This document shows positions 43,863 through 56,200 of a stretch of 64,000 bases of DNA, one piece after another. A model generated the notes under the pieces. The model was given only the letters and a program-made list of their open reading frames with translations, ran no database searches and had not been told where the DNA came from. Source of the DNA: Caecitellus pseudoparvulus (taxonomy: Eukaryota; Protista; Bigyra: Bicosoecida); contig CBFFRQ010000068.1 in assembly GCA_965644315.1 (NCBI GenBank), positions 558,001 through 622,000 of the forward strand, written 5' to 3'. Position numbers and translations under genes: made by a program. Every line of letters begins with the position of its first letter. Position 1 is the stretch's first letter.

Positions 43863-44873
43863 ATGGACGGCTTGCACCTGTCCAGCAGCACTCCCTTGGA
43901 GCTTCAGCTGCACCCAGTTGCGTTGTTCTCCATCCTGGACCACCACCTGCGCCGCCACCAAGAGCAGACTCGTGTCATCGGTGCGTGCCTCAGCCAGCGC
44001 TGTTGAGGGCCCGAACACGTCCCGCGGCAGCCTCGGCGGCAGGGCTCGGGGCATCGCACTGCGACAGCTACACCATGTGCTGTTGCTCTTCACTGTGCAC
44101 TGCTCTGATTTCGCGCAGGCGCGCTGATGGGCCGGCGGAATGGCCGCACTGTGGAGGTGCTGACTGTGCTTCCAGTGAGGCACGAGGAGGATGAGCAGCA
44201 GGTGCAGGTGGGGCAGGAGGAGCTCGCCACGTCCATCGAGCTGCACGGCGAAGTGTTCCCAGCTGAGCAGCTCGTGGGCTGGTACGCCACCTGCGTGAAC
44301 GGCAAGCCCCTTTCTGACACAACCGTCGCCCTGCACCACTTCTTTGAGGACAAGTGCGACGGGCAGGCGCTGCACCTGAGCGTGGACACGTCCCTGAAGG
44401 TGGCGCACTTGCGCTGCGACGCCTTCGTCAACTCCGGCATCCCCATGCTGGCAGACACCCTGGAGCACTTCACGACGGTGGGCGTGCGCATGGTGGTGGA
44501 CGAGGCTGCCCGGTGCGGCCTGGACGCCATGCTGCGCGGCACGGAGAGCTTCACACAGACAGAGGCCATCACCTCCCTGTCCTCCAGCCTGGAGACACTG
44601 GACACCAGCATGTTGAAGCTGAAGGACATGCTGTCCTCTGCCATCACCTACGTGGACAGTGTCGTGGCAGGGGCCAACCCGCCTGACGCAGCCATCGGCC
44701 GTGCGCTGGCTGATGCCTGCTCTGCAGTGCCCCATGTGGACCCAGACCAGTTTGGGGCCATGTTCAACACCGGCCTGCACGACCTGCTCATGGTTGCTTA
44801 CTTGTCCTCCGTCGCCCAGACGCACGTCACGCTGGCTGAGCGCTTGAGCCGCAGCATCAAGCCGGGGCAGTAG
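43863..44873 (+). CDS. EIF3F: Eukaryotic translation initiation factor 3 subunit F (MPN domain); intron 43981-44118
   Basis: LHPVALFSILDHHLRR..QTRVIG|ALMG..VGWYAT..LHLSVDTSL..IGRAL..FN..LHDLLMVAYL....QTHV.LAERL. Confidence 0.92.
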
Positions 44874-44959
44874 TGCCCGCACAGCAAATGCAGCGTCGCG
44901 AAACAACTGCGCTCCCCCTCACCACTGCGCCCTTTTGACCAACTTGGGTGCCGTTCGGC

Positions 44960-46903
44960 ATGGCTCAGGTGCTGCCAGGCGGGATGGCAGGGCAGCCACC
45001 TCCCCTTGGGGCTGTCACTCGCGTGGACCCCACGACAGGTCTGCCAGTCGGCCTAGTACCAGCCGGCCATGACCACAGTGCAACCCAATCGGCGCCAGTG
45101 CCAGCACCAAGTCTGCCTGTGGAACGTGGATCAGGGGCGTCGCTGCTGGCAGCCCTGACAGGCGGCGGGCCGACCGCCCCTGCAAGTACTGGCGTGTCAG
45201 AGGTGGCGTTTCCGGAGCCCGTGGCACCGGCGCCTGCGCCGAGCCAATCAGAGCCCACAGCTGTACCTGAGCTGAGCTCAGCAATTCTGGAGCTGTATAG
45301 TCGCTGCTCTGTGGACGGTGCAGCCCGAGCCTTCAATCCTCGAGCTGGCACCATCCAGGTTGGCCCGTGTGCCACAAGTGGCCCCAACCCAACCGCCAAG
45401 TACCGCCTCGACATGCTGCTCGCCATGGAGCCTGTCCGTTTCGACGGGAGAGACGATTGGCCAGCAGGTCTTGCCCCGTTTGTCATGGTCTTTCCAGAGC
45501 CTGTTGCCGCCAGAACAGCCGACCGCAAAACACCTGCCTCCCAGCGCAGTGCCCGCCGTGCTCGCACAGCTTCCGGAGGCCGGGATGCTGACTTCTCCAC
45601 CATGCGCGACCATGCCGATTCCCGGGCAGCTCGCCAAGGCCGAGACGCGACCAGGCGGCCAGGACGAGGCGGGCGGCGCCAGGCAGCGGCAGATGCCGCC
45701 TGGGAGGCGGGTGACGACATTGAGCACGACGACGTTGGGGACGTGGCCACCCTGCCGGCCTTCTTCCAGCCCGCCCCTGAGGATGCGGAAGGGGGGCTGG
45801 AAGACGCTCTGGAGGGCGGGCTGGAGGACACCCCGCCACGCCCCTCCCCCGCCGTGCAGCGGGTGGACAAGCTGCGACAGCGCTTTGAGGCAGACCGGCT
45901 GCGCACACGGGAGGGGTGGGAGAAGGACATGCAGCCCCTGGAGCCGGAAGGAATGCCGCCCGGACTGGAGGCGCATGAGTTTGCCGCCGCCGCACCTCCC
46001 TCCGCTACGCCGCCCCTGGCCCCACAGCCCGACTCCGCGCCACCCTCCTCAGCCACCTCCACTGGCTCACGGGGCTTTGCAGGGGGCCTGTTCCTGACTC
46101 CTTCCAAGGGTGCGGACTCTTCTCGGCTCGGTATGCTGGACAGCACACTGTCTCGGGCCTTCGGCGGCCCAACGATTCCCACCCTGCCCCCAAGCCCTGT
46201 CCCCCACTCAGCACCAGCCCCAGCTCCAGCTCCAGCCCCAGCTCCAGCTCCAGAACCTGCTCAGCGGCGAGGAAGGGGTGTTGCCAGACTGCTGGCTGCC
46301 GCCAGGGGCCCGGGTGGGCCCGCCACCCCGCCTGGCCTGGGGCCTGGCCTCGGTGCGGCACAGGGCAGCAGCACCCTGAACATGCTGCTGTCCAGTGCTG
46401 CCTTGCGCCGAGCCAACCACGCACCAGCAGGCGGTGGCGGCCCACAACAGCACCAGCACCAGCAGGGGGCGTACGGGTATGGCCCTGTGCCACACGGGCA
46501 CGCTGCAGTGCCTCCCGGGCACCACCTACCACAGGGACTGGGGGACCAGGGGACACTGCCCCAGCCGGCGCAGCGGCAAGTGCCGCACCCGTCCAGCCTT
46601 CCACAGGGGGGGCAACCAGGCAGCTTTGCACCTGGGCCGACCAGCGCACCTTTCACGGCGCCAGCGCCGTGGAGCCAGGCAGGGGGTGGGACCAGCCACG
46701 CACCAGGCAGCTTGCAGGCAGCACAGGCACACCAGACAGCCACTGCCGCTGCTGCCAGCCAACGGCAGGCTGCAGCAGCCGCCAGAACTTCCTCTGCAGG
46801 AGCCCTGCTTGCCAAGTTGGGGGGCTCCTCGGGCCGTGGCGCGCCTCGTTCGCGCATGCTGCCCTCTGCGCTGTTGCGGCCGGCAGCGTCCCAGGGTCAG
46901 TGA
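44960..46903 (+). CDS. Intrinsically disordered protein with a YxxxxL-phi eIF4E-binding-type motif (4E-T/GIGYF-like candidate)
   Basis: Single long ORF rich in P/A/G/Q; KYRLDMLLAM at about 45398-45427; C-terminal MLPSALLR. Family assignment is inference. Confidence 0.6.
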   Translation: MAQVLPGGMAGQPPPLGAVTRVDPTTGLPVGLVPAGHDHSATQSAPVPAPSLPVERGSGASLLAALTGGGPTAPASTGVSEVAFPEPVAPAPAPSQSEPTAVPELSSAILELYSRCSVDGAARAFNPRAGTIQVGPCATSGPNPTAKYRLDMLLAMEPVRFDGRDDWPAGLAPFVMVFPEPVAARTADRKTPASQRSARRARTASGGRDADFSTMRDHADSRAARQGRDATRRPGRGGRRQAAADAAWEAGDDIEHDDVGDVATLPAFFQPAPEDAEGGLEDALEGGLEDTPPRPSPAVQRVDKLRQRFEADRLRTREGWEKDMQPLEPEGMPPGLEAHEFAAAAPPSATPPLAPQPDSAPPSSATSTGSRGFAGGLFLTPSKGADSSRLGMLDSTLSRAFGGPTIPTLPPSPVPHSAPAPAPAPAPAPAPEPAQRRGRGVARLLAAARGPGGPATPPGLGPGLGAAQGSSTLNMLLSSAALRRANHAPAGGGGPQQHQHQQGAYGYGPVPHGHAAVPPGHHLPQGLGDQGTLPQPAQRQVPHPSSLPQGGQPGSFAPGPTSAPFTAPAPWSQAGGGTSHAPGSLQAAQAHQTATAAAASQRQAAAAARTSSAGALLAKLGGSSGRGAPRSRMLPSALLRPAASQGQ

Positions 46904-47124
46904 CACCGCCCCTTGGAATGGCCGTCAGACGTGGATGGGGGGGCGCACCCCCTTTCATTGCAGCCGCCCAGCAACCCAAGCGAATGCTCGCGCTCAAATT
47001 CAACACATTCCCCCTCCCCTCCCGTTCCCTTGTGCACGTGGGCTTAGCCACACCTGTAGCGTTTCATCCGCGTGTTTCGACCGTGACCCCGCGCTGCGCC
47101 ACCCCGCCGCGCCTCTCATCCACC

Positions 47125-47948
47125 ATGCTGGCAGCACGAGTGCGCGCTGCTTCCTCCAGGGCAACTGCCGCCGTCAGCCGCGTGATGCAGGCTCGCAGCG
47201 TGGCCCCTGCTGTCGTCGTCCCAGCTGCGACGGCGCTGGCCTGCCTGTTCCCCGCGGGGCCAATTTCCGCTGGCCACGCACGCCTTGCCCACGCCACGGC
47301 CGGGACAGACGCCGCGGCTGAGGCGGCCAAAGGCGAAGAAGAGGATGACACCACACAACAAGCTTCCCCTGAGGATGCCTCTGAAGGTGCTCCTGCAGCC
47401 GAGGTGGACGTCGCTGAGCTGCAGAAGGAGCTGCAGGAGCTGCGCAACACCAGGGTGCGGCTGCTGGCCGAGATGGAGAACACCCGCGAGATCGCGCGCC
47501 GGGATGTGGAGAAGGGCAAGACTTATGCCATTCAAAAGTTCGCCAAGGAGCTGCTGGACGTCTCCGACAACTTGGAGCGCGCTGTGAGCGCCGTGACGCC
47601 CGAGCAGATGGAGGAGCGGGACGACCACCTGCTCAAGAACCTGCACTTCGGCGTGCTGGCCACGGAGAAGGAGCTGCTGAAGCTGTTTGAAAACCATGGA
47701 ATCACCAAGGTGCGTGCCCCCGAAAGCGGCGCCTGTGCGCCCACCATCGCATTCGCCTCCCCGCCCCCGCCACACAGTTCGGCAAGGTCGGGGAACCCTT
47801 TGACCCCAACCGGCACGACGCCATGTTCAAGATGCCCCCCAGCGATGAAGCGGCGCCTGGCACCCTGGGGCAGGTTCTTCAGTGCGGGTACACGTTCAAG
47901 GACCGCATCCTGCGGCCTGCCAAGGTGGGCGCCGTGGCCGACGAATGA
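47125..47948 (+). CDS. GRPE: Mitochondrial GrpE nucleotide exchange factor; intron 47710-47777
   Basis: Presequence MLAARVRAASSR; RLLAEMENTR..YAIQKFAKELLDVSDNLERA..HGITK|FGKVGEPFDPNRHDAMF..GYTFKDRILRPAKVG. Confidence 0.95.
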
Positions 47949-47980
47949 AATGCATGGAGTGCTTGCTGGCGCCGCCTGCC

Positions 47981-50145
47981 TCACACGCCGTCCTCAAAGA
48001 GGCCATCTTCACTAGCCTCGGCCATGCTGGCTGTCGCGGCTCGCGGGGGCGAGCGCCTTCGAGGCACGGGGCTGTGCACCAGTCGAACGGAGCCTGGCGC
48101 GGCCCCTGCGCTGGCTGCCCGGCGCGCCGTGGCCGTCCCCGCAGGCTGCCTGCGCGGCGCGAGGGCTCCCATGGGCACAGGGCGCCGTACGAGGGCCTGG
48201 GTGCGGGTGATGGCTGCCGTGTCAGGCGCAGCTGCCATGACCGCCGCTTGGTCTGCTTCCAACACATCGAACATGTCTGTCAGCACCTTGCCGACAACAT
48301 CAGACAGAAGCGTGGAGCCTGGGAAGGCTGCAGCTGCGCGCTGCACTCGCGGGAGCAGCGCCAGGTCGTGACAGCGCGCCTTCAGTGGCTTGTCCAGCGT
48401 GCTGGCGTAGAACTGCAGGCTGCCCAGCGCCGCGCAGGCCACGCTTTCGTCGGCAGGGTGCGCATCCAACGCGTCCACCACGGCAGACGCCCCGTCACAG
48501 GCGAGAAAGTCGTCCTTGTTCCGGCGGCTATTCGAGCACAGTGTGCTCAAGGCAGCCATGCCCTTTTCCTGCACGCCTGCGTGAAGCGTGGCCTTGCGAA
48601 GCGTCGTCAGGATGGCCGGCACAAGCGCCGCTGTGTGGGCCGCATCTTTGAACTCCGGCGAGTACCCCATCCTGAACACGAGGGACAGGACCGCTGCAAG
48701 CATGCTTGGTGACCCTGCGTGCTTGTCCATCAAGTGCAAGATGGTGGACAGCACGTCGGCCTCCAGCGCGTCGCGGCGGTACAGGTCATCGCACAGGCAG
48801 TTTGCCAGCGCCAGGCATGCTGCGTGCACAACACCGTCCCGGTCAAGGTTTTCATGCAGCACCCGAACCAGTGATAGCCCTGCCCCGTGGCGACACGCTT
48901 CGATTTGGTTCTCCGCTGCGCAGGTGAAGGTGGGCCCAGGTGCAGGAGGCAGCGTGCATAGGCAGAGCCCTGCGCGCAGCCCCACGCACGCATCAAGAGT
49001 GTGAGGTTCGCCAAGGCTGCACAAGCAGCCTCTAGAATCCCTGGGTGTGCCTTGTAGTACCTTGATGCCTCACAGAGCGCAGCAATGATGGGCAAGGAAG
49101 CCACCTGCTCCTGCGCCGTGCCTGTGGTGCGGGAAACTGGTGCGCTGCAGGCACAAGCAGGCGCCGATCGACCTGGCAACTCACGGTTTCCTGAACTGAT
49201 GTTCGCCAATGCCCCGCAAGCCCACTCCGTCACCTGAGCGTCGGCTGTGTGGGCCTCCATGGCTGCCAGGACTGCCTTCACACCCCCCACTTGCAACGCA
49301 GCATCCCGCATGTCATCTGCAGGAGGTGAGGGCCTCACCAGCAGTGTGACGCACTGCGTGGGCATCCTTTGCACTGCAAACGCACCAGCATCAGCGGCAA
49401 AGTTGCCCATGAACCGCATGCCTTCAGCCTGGATGTTGCTGACGTCCAGGTGCTTCTCCAAAACCCTGACCACCTGTGGCAACACCTTCGCGTCAAGCAG
49501 CTGGGCCTGGCGGGAGAGGCTGCTTGTTACGAGCAGCCTCGCGAGCTTGACGGCACTGAAGACGATGTGGTGATTGCCAGCGTGCACTTTCAGCACCTTC
49601 CGCAGCATGTCCCCCGCGTCTTCTGCGGCAATGGAGGCACGAGCCTCCTGGCTTCGCGTGGCCAGCACGATGAGGGGCAGCAACGCTGCATCCACCAGAC
49701 TGTGCCGACTCATGGCATGCTTGATGCTCTTCAAGCAGCTGCTTACGATGTCAAAGCGAAGGGCGGTGTCCAGGGCGCCCTCTGGCTGCAACACTGTCTC
49801 TCTGGCCTGCGCCAGCAACTCTGCCCTGGCAAAGTTGAACCCTGCAGCAGCGCAGTACGCAGCTTGGTCCTCGGCGTCAAACACACCCGCAGCGGCTGTT
49901 CCGCTTCCGGCTTTGTCGATGGAGGCGATCTGGGCCAGCACATCTGCCAGCTCACGGAGCCGCTTGCAGAGGCGGACCACACCACGGGAGTCAACCAGCT
50001 TGCCTGGCACTCCGCCAGCAACTGCTGTCCACTCCTGCAAGACATTGATGCGCTGGAGCCCTGCCTGAATTGCGCCCCACCTCGCCGAGAACCCTGCCGG
50101 CGAACTGGATGTGCCTGCCTCTCCGGCCGGCTGCTGGTGTGCCAT
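47981..50145 (-). CDS. Armadillo-repeat protein (LRRK2-ARM/aardvark-like repeats), several introns
   Basis: Repeats GGVKAVLAAMEAH.ADAQVTEWACGALANI, ILEAACAALANL, VQEKGMAALSTL, GASAVVDALDAHPADESVACAALGSL. Confidence 0.75.
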
Positions 50146-50291
50146 GAGCCCCGAGTGGCGGTCAGCGCAACGCACGCGAAACGACAGCAGGGTGCCACAG
50201 GTGCGGGACGCTTCGCTGCAGGCCTGCAGCAACGAGGGAGGAGCGGTGTTTTTGAACAGTGCATTTTCGTTTGAGGCGGCGCTCAGCGTCG

Positions 50292-53200
50292 CTACTCTTC
50301 GGTTGGAATCTTGGGCGCTGGGACGGCTGAGGTGGCCGGCTTGCCATCAACTGTAGGGGCAGCCACGTGCCCTGGCAGCAAGAACGTCGGCAGCAGCGGG
50401 CGGTTGGCCTTGAGGAAGGCTATCAGGGCAGCTTCCACTTCAGCCCGCACTTCAGCAGGCAGTGCAGCTCCTGCAGTGCCGACCTCCTTCCTGCACAAGC
50501 GCTCCACGGCAGCGTCCCCCTTCGCGTCGGCCGAGCCCTGCATGCCGCGCACCAACTGCCCGACACTCTGCACCATGGCCGCCACTTGTGGGTGGCGCAA
50601 CAGGGACTTGCGCAGGCTTTGAATCAACTGCCCGAAGCGGTCGTGCACGGCAGCCACCGCCCAGTCCTGCCGGAAGAAGGCCACCCAGTCCGACACACGC
50701 CCGTCGTCAAAGTCGCGCTCTGCGGCGTTCAGCAAGGACGCGTGGCGCCCGACGAGGGAGGCGATGTTGCGCACTTCGATGCGCTGCGCGCCGATGTGGT
50801 TCACTTCGCTCAGCCGCTTGAAGCGGTCCAGCGTCACTGCCATGCGCCAGCCCACCGTGCTGCCCACTGGCTTGAAGGGGGGCAGCTCCCCCAGCACAGC
50901 CTCCAGCGCCAGCGCCGGCACATGCGCAGCGGCGCCCGCCTCTGCCGGCAGCCCTGCCACCGCCGGTGCACCGGCTGTGGCCAGGGACATGGCCTCTGCC
51001 GCGGCGCTGGCGGGCGGCACCGTGATGTCCCCTGCCAGGGCGGCCGCCAACACCTCAGCCTCCCCCAGGGGGGCTTCCAGCGCCTCTGCTGGCAGGCTGG
51101 GCAGCATGGCCGGCAGCGTCGCCGTGTGCATGGTGCGCCCCACAGTGCCTGGCTCGTACGCGGGCAGGCGCGCATGCAGCCAGTGCAGGCCGCCCGGCAG
51201 CACTGCCGAGAGGACCTTGGCAGCCTGGAACTCGGGCAGCATGTGGGAGCCGCGTGCGTCGGTGTTCTCGGGCCCCGCCAGCACCAGCTCCTCCCCCGCC
51301 GCCTCCGCCTCTGCCCGGGCCAGGGGGTCCACCAGCTTCAAGACACAGGCCGCCGCCGCGGCACCAACCTCCGCTGAGTTGTACGCCTGCATGGGCAGCG
51401 GCGCACGGTACCTGCGGGAGAACTTGGTGACGGTGCCACCTGCGAAGATGCTGCCGTCGGTGGTGCAGAAGTAGTGGTTCACCACCAGGCGCCCATCGTA
51501 CACCAGGCCGCAGTCGTTGACGGCGTTGAAGAAGCCGGCCTCCACGGCGCGCTTGTCCCCCGCGATGACCAGCCGGGCGTCCAGGGCCATGCTTTGCGGT
51601 GCACGGGGCCCGCTGGCGCCCGCCCCCTCCCCGCCCTTGCCCTCCTCCGCATCCAGGGAGAAGCCGCCCAGGTCCCCCAGCCCGTCGTCCTCCTCCTCCT
51701 CCTCCTTGTCTGCCTGGGAGTCCTCCTCCTCCCCCGTCAGGCCGGCGGCGGCCGTGGCCAGTGCCGCCTCCGCCGCCACGCCCTCCGCGTCCAGGGTGGT
51801 GGTGAAGCGCAGGGTGAGGGGGGGTGGCGTGCCCGGTGCGTCGCCGCCCTCGCCCTCCTCCACGCTGGACAGCTCCCAGCCCACGAGCTGCTGCACGCCC
51901 AGAGCTGCCAGGCTGGCTGCCGCCAGGTTCTCCACGTACCCTGCCTCCACAGCCTCAGTGGGGCCAGCCCCGCTGCCAAAACCCATGCCCGCGCTGCCAG
52001 CTGCCGCCCCTGCCCGCAGCGCGTGCAGGGTGCGGTGCCGGCGCACGTACGAGATGCGGCTGGGGGCGACGCCTCGGTGCAGGAGCGCTGCGATGGACAC
52101 CAGCGCCTCCAAGCCCTCCCCCACCACCACCACGTCCCGCCCCGCGGCGATGCCGGAGAGGGGCGGCCGGAAGTCTTCCCCCTCCACCACCGCCCCCGCC
52201 CCACTCTCGTCCTCCTCCCCTGCCGGCAGCAGCGCCGCGGCCGTCGCCTCGGCTGCGTCTGGGAAGGGCACACGGTGCACCAGGAGCCGCACCGCCTCCT
52301 CCACCTCTGCCAGGCACCCGGCGTGGGTGAGGGGGTACAGCCCTCGGGGGGGGCGAGCCAAGCCCAGGCGGCCAGTGGTGCTCTCCGTGAGGCCGGGCGC
52401 CAGCATGAGGATGTCGTAGGGGATGCAGCCGCCACCAGCGAGGTGGATGCGCCCCGCAGGCCTGTCTATGCCCACCATGGCGGCGTCCACCACCTGCACG
52501 TTGGAGGGCAGGCCCAGCCGCGCCATGGTGGCAGGGTTGAACTCCGTGCTCTGCGGCAGGAACGGCGCCGCCCGCAGGGGCAGGGAGCCGTGCTGCAGCT
52601 GCAGCGTGGGGGCCCACTCCTCCCCTCGTTGGGGGGGGCGCATGGCAGGGGGCGTGGGCGGCGGCGCCAGGCCGCCCGGCGACACCAGGCTGACGTGTGT
52701 GAAGCGCAGGTACGGCACCTTGAGCAGGGCGGTGAGGAAGGCGAGGCCCGCCTCGCTGGCCCCCACCACCACGATGCGGGTGTTGCTGATGGCCTTGGGC
52801 TCCGCCAGGAACCGGCGCGTCGTGACGTACAGCGAGTGCACCAGCTCCTGGGGGTTGCTCAGGTCAGTGCAGGTCTCGTCCCGCGCCCCGCCGCCGCCCG
52901 GCAGGGCCCCCGTCATGGCGTCCACGTACCCGAAGCCGCGTGCGCGCAGTGCCGCCATGCGTGCTTCCCTGTCCTGCACGGCCGCCTCGTCCTCGGGGTC
53001 CAGCGCGGAGCCGTGCATGGCCAGGGTGGGCGGCAGCGGCGTGGCCCGGGAGCCCGCCCCCTGCTCCGTGCCCCGCAGCGGCTTGACGCCCTTGCGCCCC
53101 AGCGCCACCCCCGCCACCTCACGGGAGATGGCGCTGGTGATGGGCAACCCTGCGTCTCGGGGGGGTGCGCCCGGCAGCTCGTGGGGGCGCTGCTGCGGCA

Positions 53201-56200
53201 TGGAGCGGGGCGGCACCAGCACCATGTCCCGCACCGCCTGCGGTAGGGGGTCCGTGTCCCCCGCCGCGCCGGCCGCCGCCCCACGGCTGATGGCCCCCGC
53301 AGCCGTGGAGGCTGCTGTTGCCGGGTCAGCTGCAGGGGGCAGGGCGGACACGCCCACTGCACCGGATACCGCTGCGCCCCAGTGCCTGTACAGCAGGGCG
53401 GAGGCGCCCGTCAGAGCCATGGCCCGGCGCATGACGGCCCGCAGTGCGCAGGGGGAGGAGAAGAGCGGGTTCAACTCCAGGTGGTTCAAGGCGCGCCAGG
53501 TGCCGCCTGTGGCGGGCGGCACGCCGTCTGCCAGCCGTGCGCCGCCTGCCACGTACTGGTCCGTGGCCAGGTACCGCTGCAGGTCGAAGGCGGCGCCGGC
53601 TGCCGTGAGCTCTGGGGCGCCGCAGCCGGCTGTGGAGAGGGAGACGACGCCCACCACCTGCCCCTCCACTTCCACCAGCAGGGTGGTGGGGGACGCTGAT
53701 GCCGCCAGTGTGCTCATGAGGGGGGGCGGTTGGTCCTGCGGCGCGGCGGCCAGCAGCGCCTCCCTGCGCTCCGTGGCGGCCACGGCGTCCGACATGACCG
53801 ACACGAAGGTGGCGGGGGACAGCTGCGAGGCGAAGTCGGCGAGGGCCAGGCGGTCTGCTGCCTCGACGGGGCGCAGGCTGAGCGTGTGCGGCGCGCCCAG
53901 AGCACACCGGTGCATGACGTACAGCACGTGGGGCAGGGTGGAGGTGGTGCGCGGGGGCACCCGGGTGAAGAACTGCAGGAGGGGCGACTCTGGCGCCGCG
54001 TGGGGCTGCGTCAGCACGGCGTAGGAGGAGTTCGGGAACAGCGCGAAGATGGCGGGCAGGAAGTCCGCTGCCCGGGACTCCAGCGCCTCCTGCAGGCAGA
54101 ACATGGTGATGGCGAAGGCGTCCGGCACGCCGTCGCCCTCCACCAGCGCGTCGTCAAACGCCGCCTCCTCCGCGTTCACGGGGTCGGCCAGGGCCGTGCT
54201 GCCGGCCCGGCCACTGCGCTCAGCGGCCGCCAGACGCCGCGCATCTGCCACCTCCAGGCGCGCCTCAGACACCAGCCCTTCCCGCACCAGGGCTGCCAGC
54301 AGCACTTCCCGGGTGTGCACGAGGGCAGCGGCAGCAGCATGGGTGCGCCGGGGTCCTGCCGTGTCCTGGAACCCCGTCACGATGTCCGGGACGAACTCCA
54401 CGCTGACCCTGACGCCGGCCGTGCCAGCCGGGTCCAGGAGGGAGAACGGCACGGACTTGTGGGGCGGCACGGGGGGCGCCTCCTCGCCCTCCGCCGGCAC
54501 AGGGGCGCGCTTGGGCCGCTTGCCCGCTGCCACCCGTGCTGCCGCCTCGGCCGCCTCCGCCTCTGCCTCTGCCTCTGCAGTTTCCGTCAGCAGGGCGACC
54601 TGCTCTGGCACGATGCCCGCCACGACGGAGCCCAGCCCCGTCACGCTGAGGTCCACCTCCACCTCCACGCCCCGCTTGGCCAGCGGCGGTAGGCGCGGGG
54701 GGCTGGGCTCCTCGGCAGGGGCGTCCTCTGCGCCAAAGTAGGTGAGGGTCAGGCCGCTGGGGGCTGCAGCAGCTGCGCGCAGCATGGTGAAGCCCTGCCT
54801 GGGAGCGGCCTCCTCGCCCCCCGCCCCGCCGTCACCACCCTCGCCTTGCTCGGCGGCAGCAGCGGCGGCACTGGTGGGCGCAGAGCCAGGGGACACCTGT
54901 GGCTGCAGGCCGGCGGCCTCCGCCGGCAGGGTCACCCGCAGCAACAAGCCTGACCCCAGGTCCTGCGCAAAGCTGGGGATCGCTCGGGGTGCAGCCTCCC
55001 CCGTGGGGCTGATGGTGGGCGCGTCCAGCAGGAGGAGGGCCTGAGGGATGAGGGTGCCGGTCGTGAGGGGGATGGTGCTGCCATCCGCCCGCACAGCGGG
55101 GTCTTCGTACTCCTCCTCGTCCTCCTCCTCCTCCAAGACCAGGCCTACACCCACGCCAGAGATCGGCGCAGCGGCGCCCTGGGCGGCAGCGCCCCCCCCA
55201 CCCGCCAGCGGCACGGGCAGCTCCATCTCTTCCAGGAGCAGGGCGGTGACCTTGTCCAAGCCCACCCGCAACTCGGCGGTGTCCACTGGCGCGGAGCCGG
55301 GCCCCGGCAGGCCTGTCAGGATGTACCCACGTGAGCACAGCGGCGAGGCCAGCACCGACACCACCCCCGCGTACTGCCCCTTGTACAGAGCAGCCTCGGC
55401 CGCTGCCGCCTCGGCTGCTGCCGCCGCCGCTGCCGCCTCGTCCTCCTCGTCCTCCTCATCGCTGTCCTCGTGCTTGGGGGCCAGGCGCATGCGCCGCTTG
55501 CGCCGCTTGGCCTCCTCCACGCGCCGCTTCTCCTCTGCCACACTCGCCTTCTCCGTCGCGTCCACCGCCTCGGCTTGCAGCTGTGCGGTGACTTTGGCCA
55601 CCACCGTGGGCAGGTGCACGACGGGTACGCCGAGGGCTGCAGACAGCAGGGCGCCAGCGACAGCTTCCTGCTCCGGCGGCACGCCCTCGGCACGGGCGAT
55701 GGCCAGGCGTGTGGCGCGGGCAGAGACGACGGAGCCCAGCAGCGCGCCCTGCCCCGGCGCTGACGCCAGCCCCTCCACGCCCTTCAGCAGCGTGTCCTCT
55801 GCCCCAGCCATCACCACAGCGTCAGCGGCGGAGGAGGACGCCACGGCGGCAATGGACAGGGCGCCCTCCAGGCGGTCCAGCGCCACCTCCAGCAGCAGCC
55901 GGTCCGTCGTGTGGTCGCCGTGGATGGCCTGCTGGGGCAGCTCCAGGGAGGCGGTGGAGGCGGAGGGGGCCAGGGAGCCCCCCGCCCCGCCACCAGCACT
56001 GCCTTCACCGCCTGCCTCGCCGCCGTCGCCTGAGCTATCCCGTGTCACCATCCGCTCGCCGTCACCAGGCAGACTGGCCTCGTCGTCCAAGTGCGCCGCC
56101 AGCACCGTGTCCCAGCCCGCCCTGCCCAGCACACAGGCCAGCTCCAGCACCAGCTCCTCCCCCGCGCCGACGTCCGGCGCCTCGCCCGTGTACGCCACAC

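Noticed and set aside
43981-44118. 138-nt eIF3f intron as a snoRNA host (hairpin followed by ACA; GGGGCATCGCA could pair with 18S UGUGAUGCCCU)
   Set aside because: No convincing C/D box pair or two-hairpin H/ACA layout; the complementarity is not placed next to a D box or in a bipartite pocket.
34995-44873. Run of RNA-metabolism genes (DBR1, RPC4, DHX35, RPL10A, eIF3f) as a functional cluster or operon
   Set aside because: Each gene has its own 3' AATGCA signal, orientations are mixed, and housekeeping genes are common in compact genomes; no evidence beyond chance.
46209-46258. (CCAGCT)n repeat and similar Pro-Ala or Arg-Gly runs
   Set aside because: Ordinary coding low-complexity tracts.
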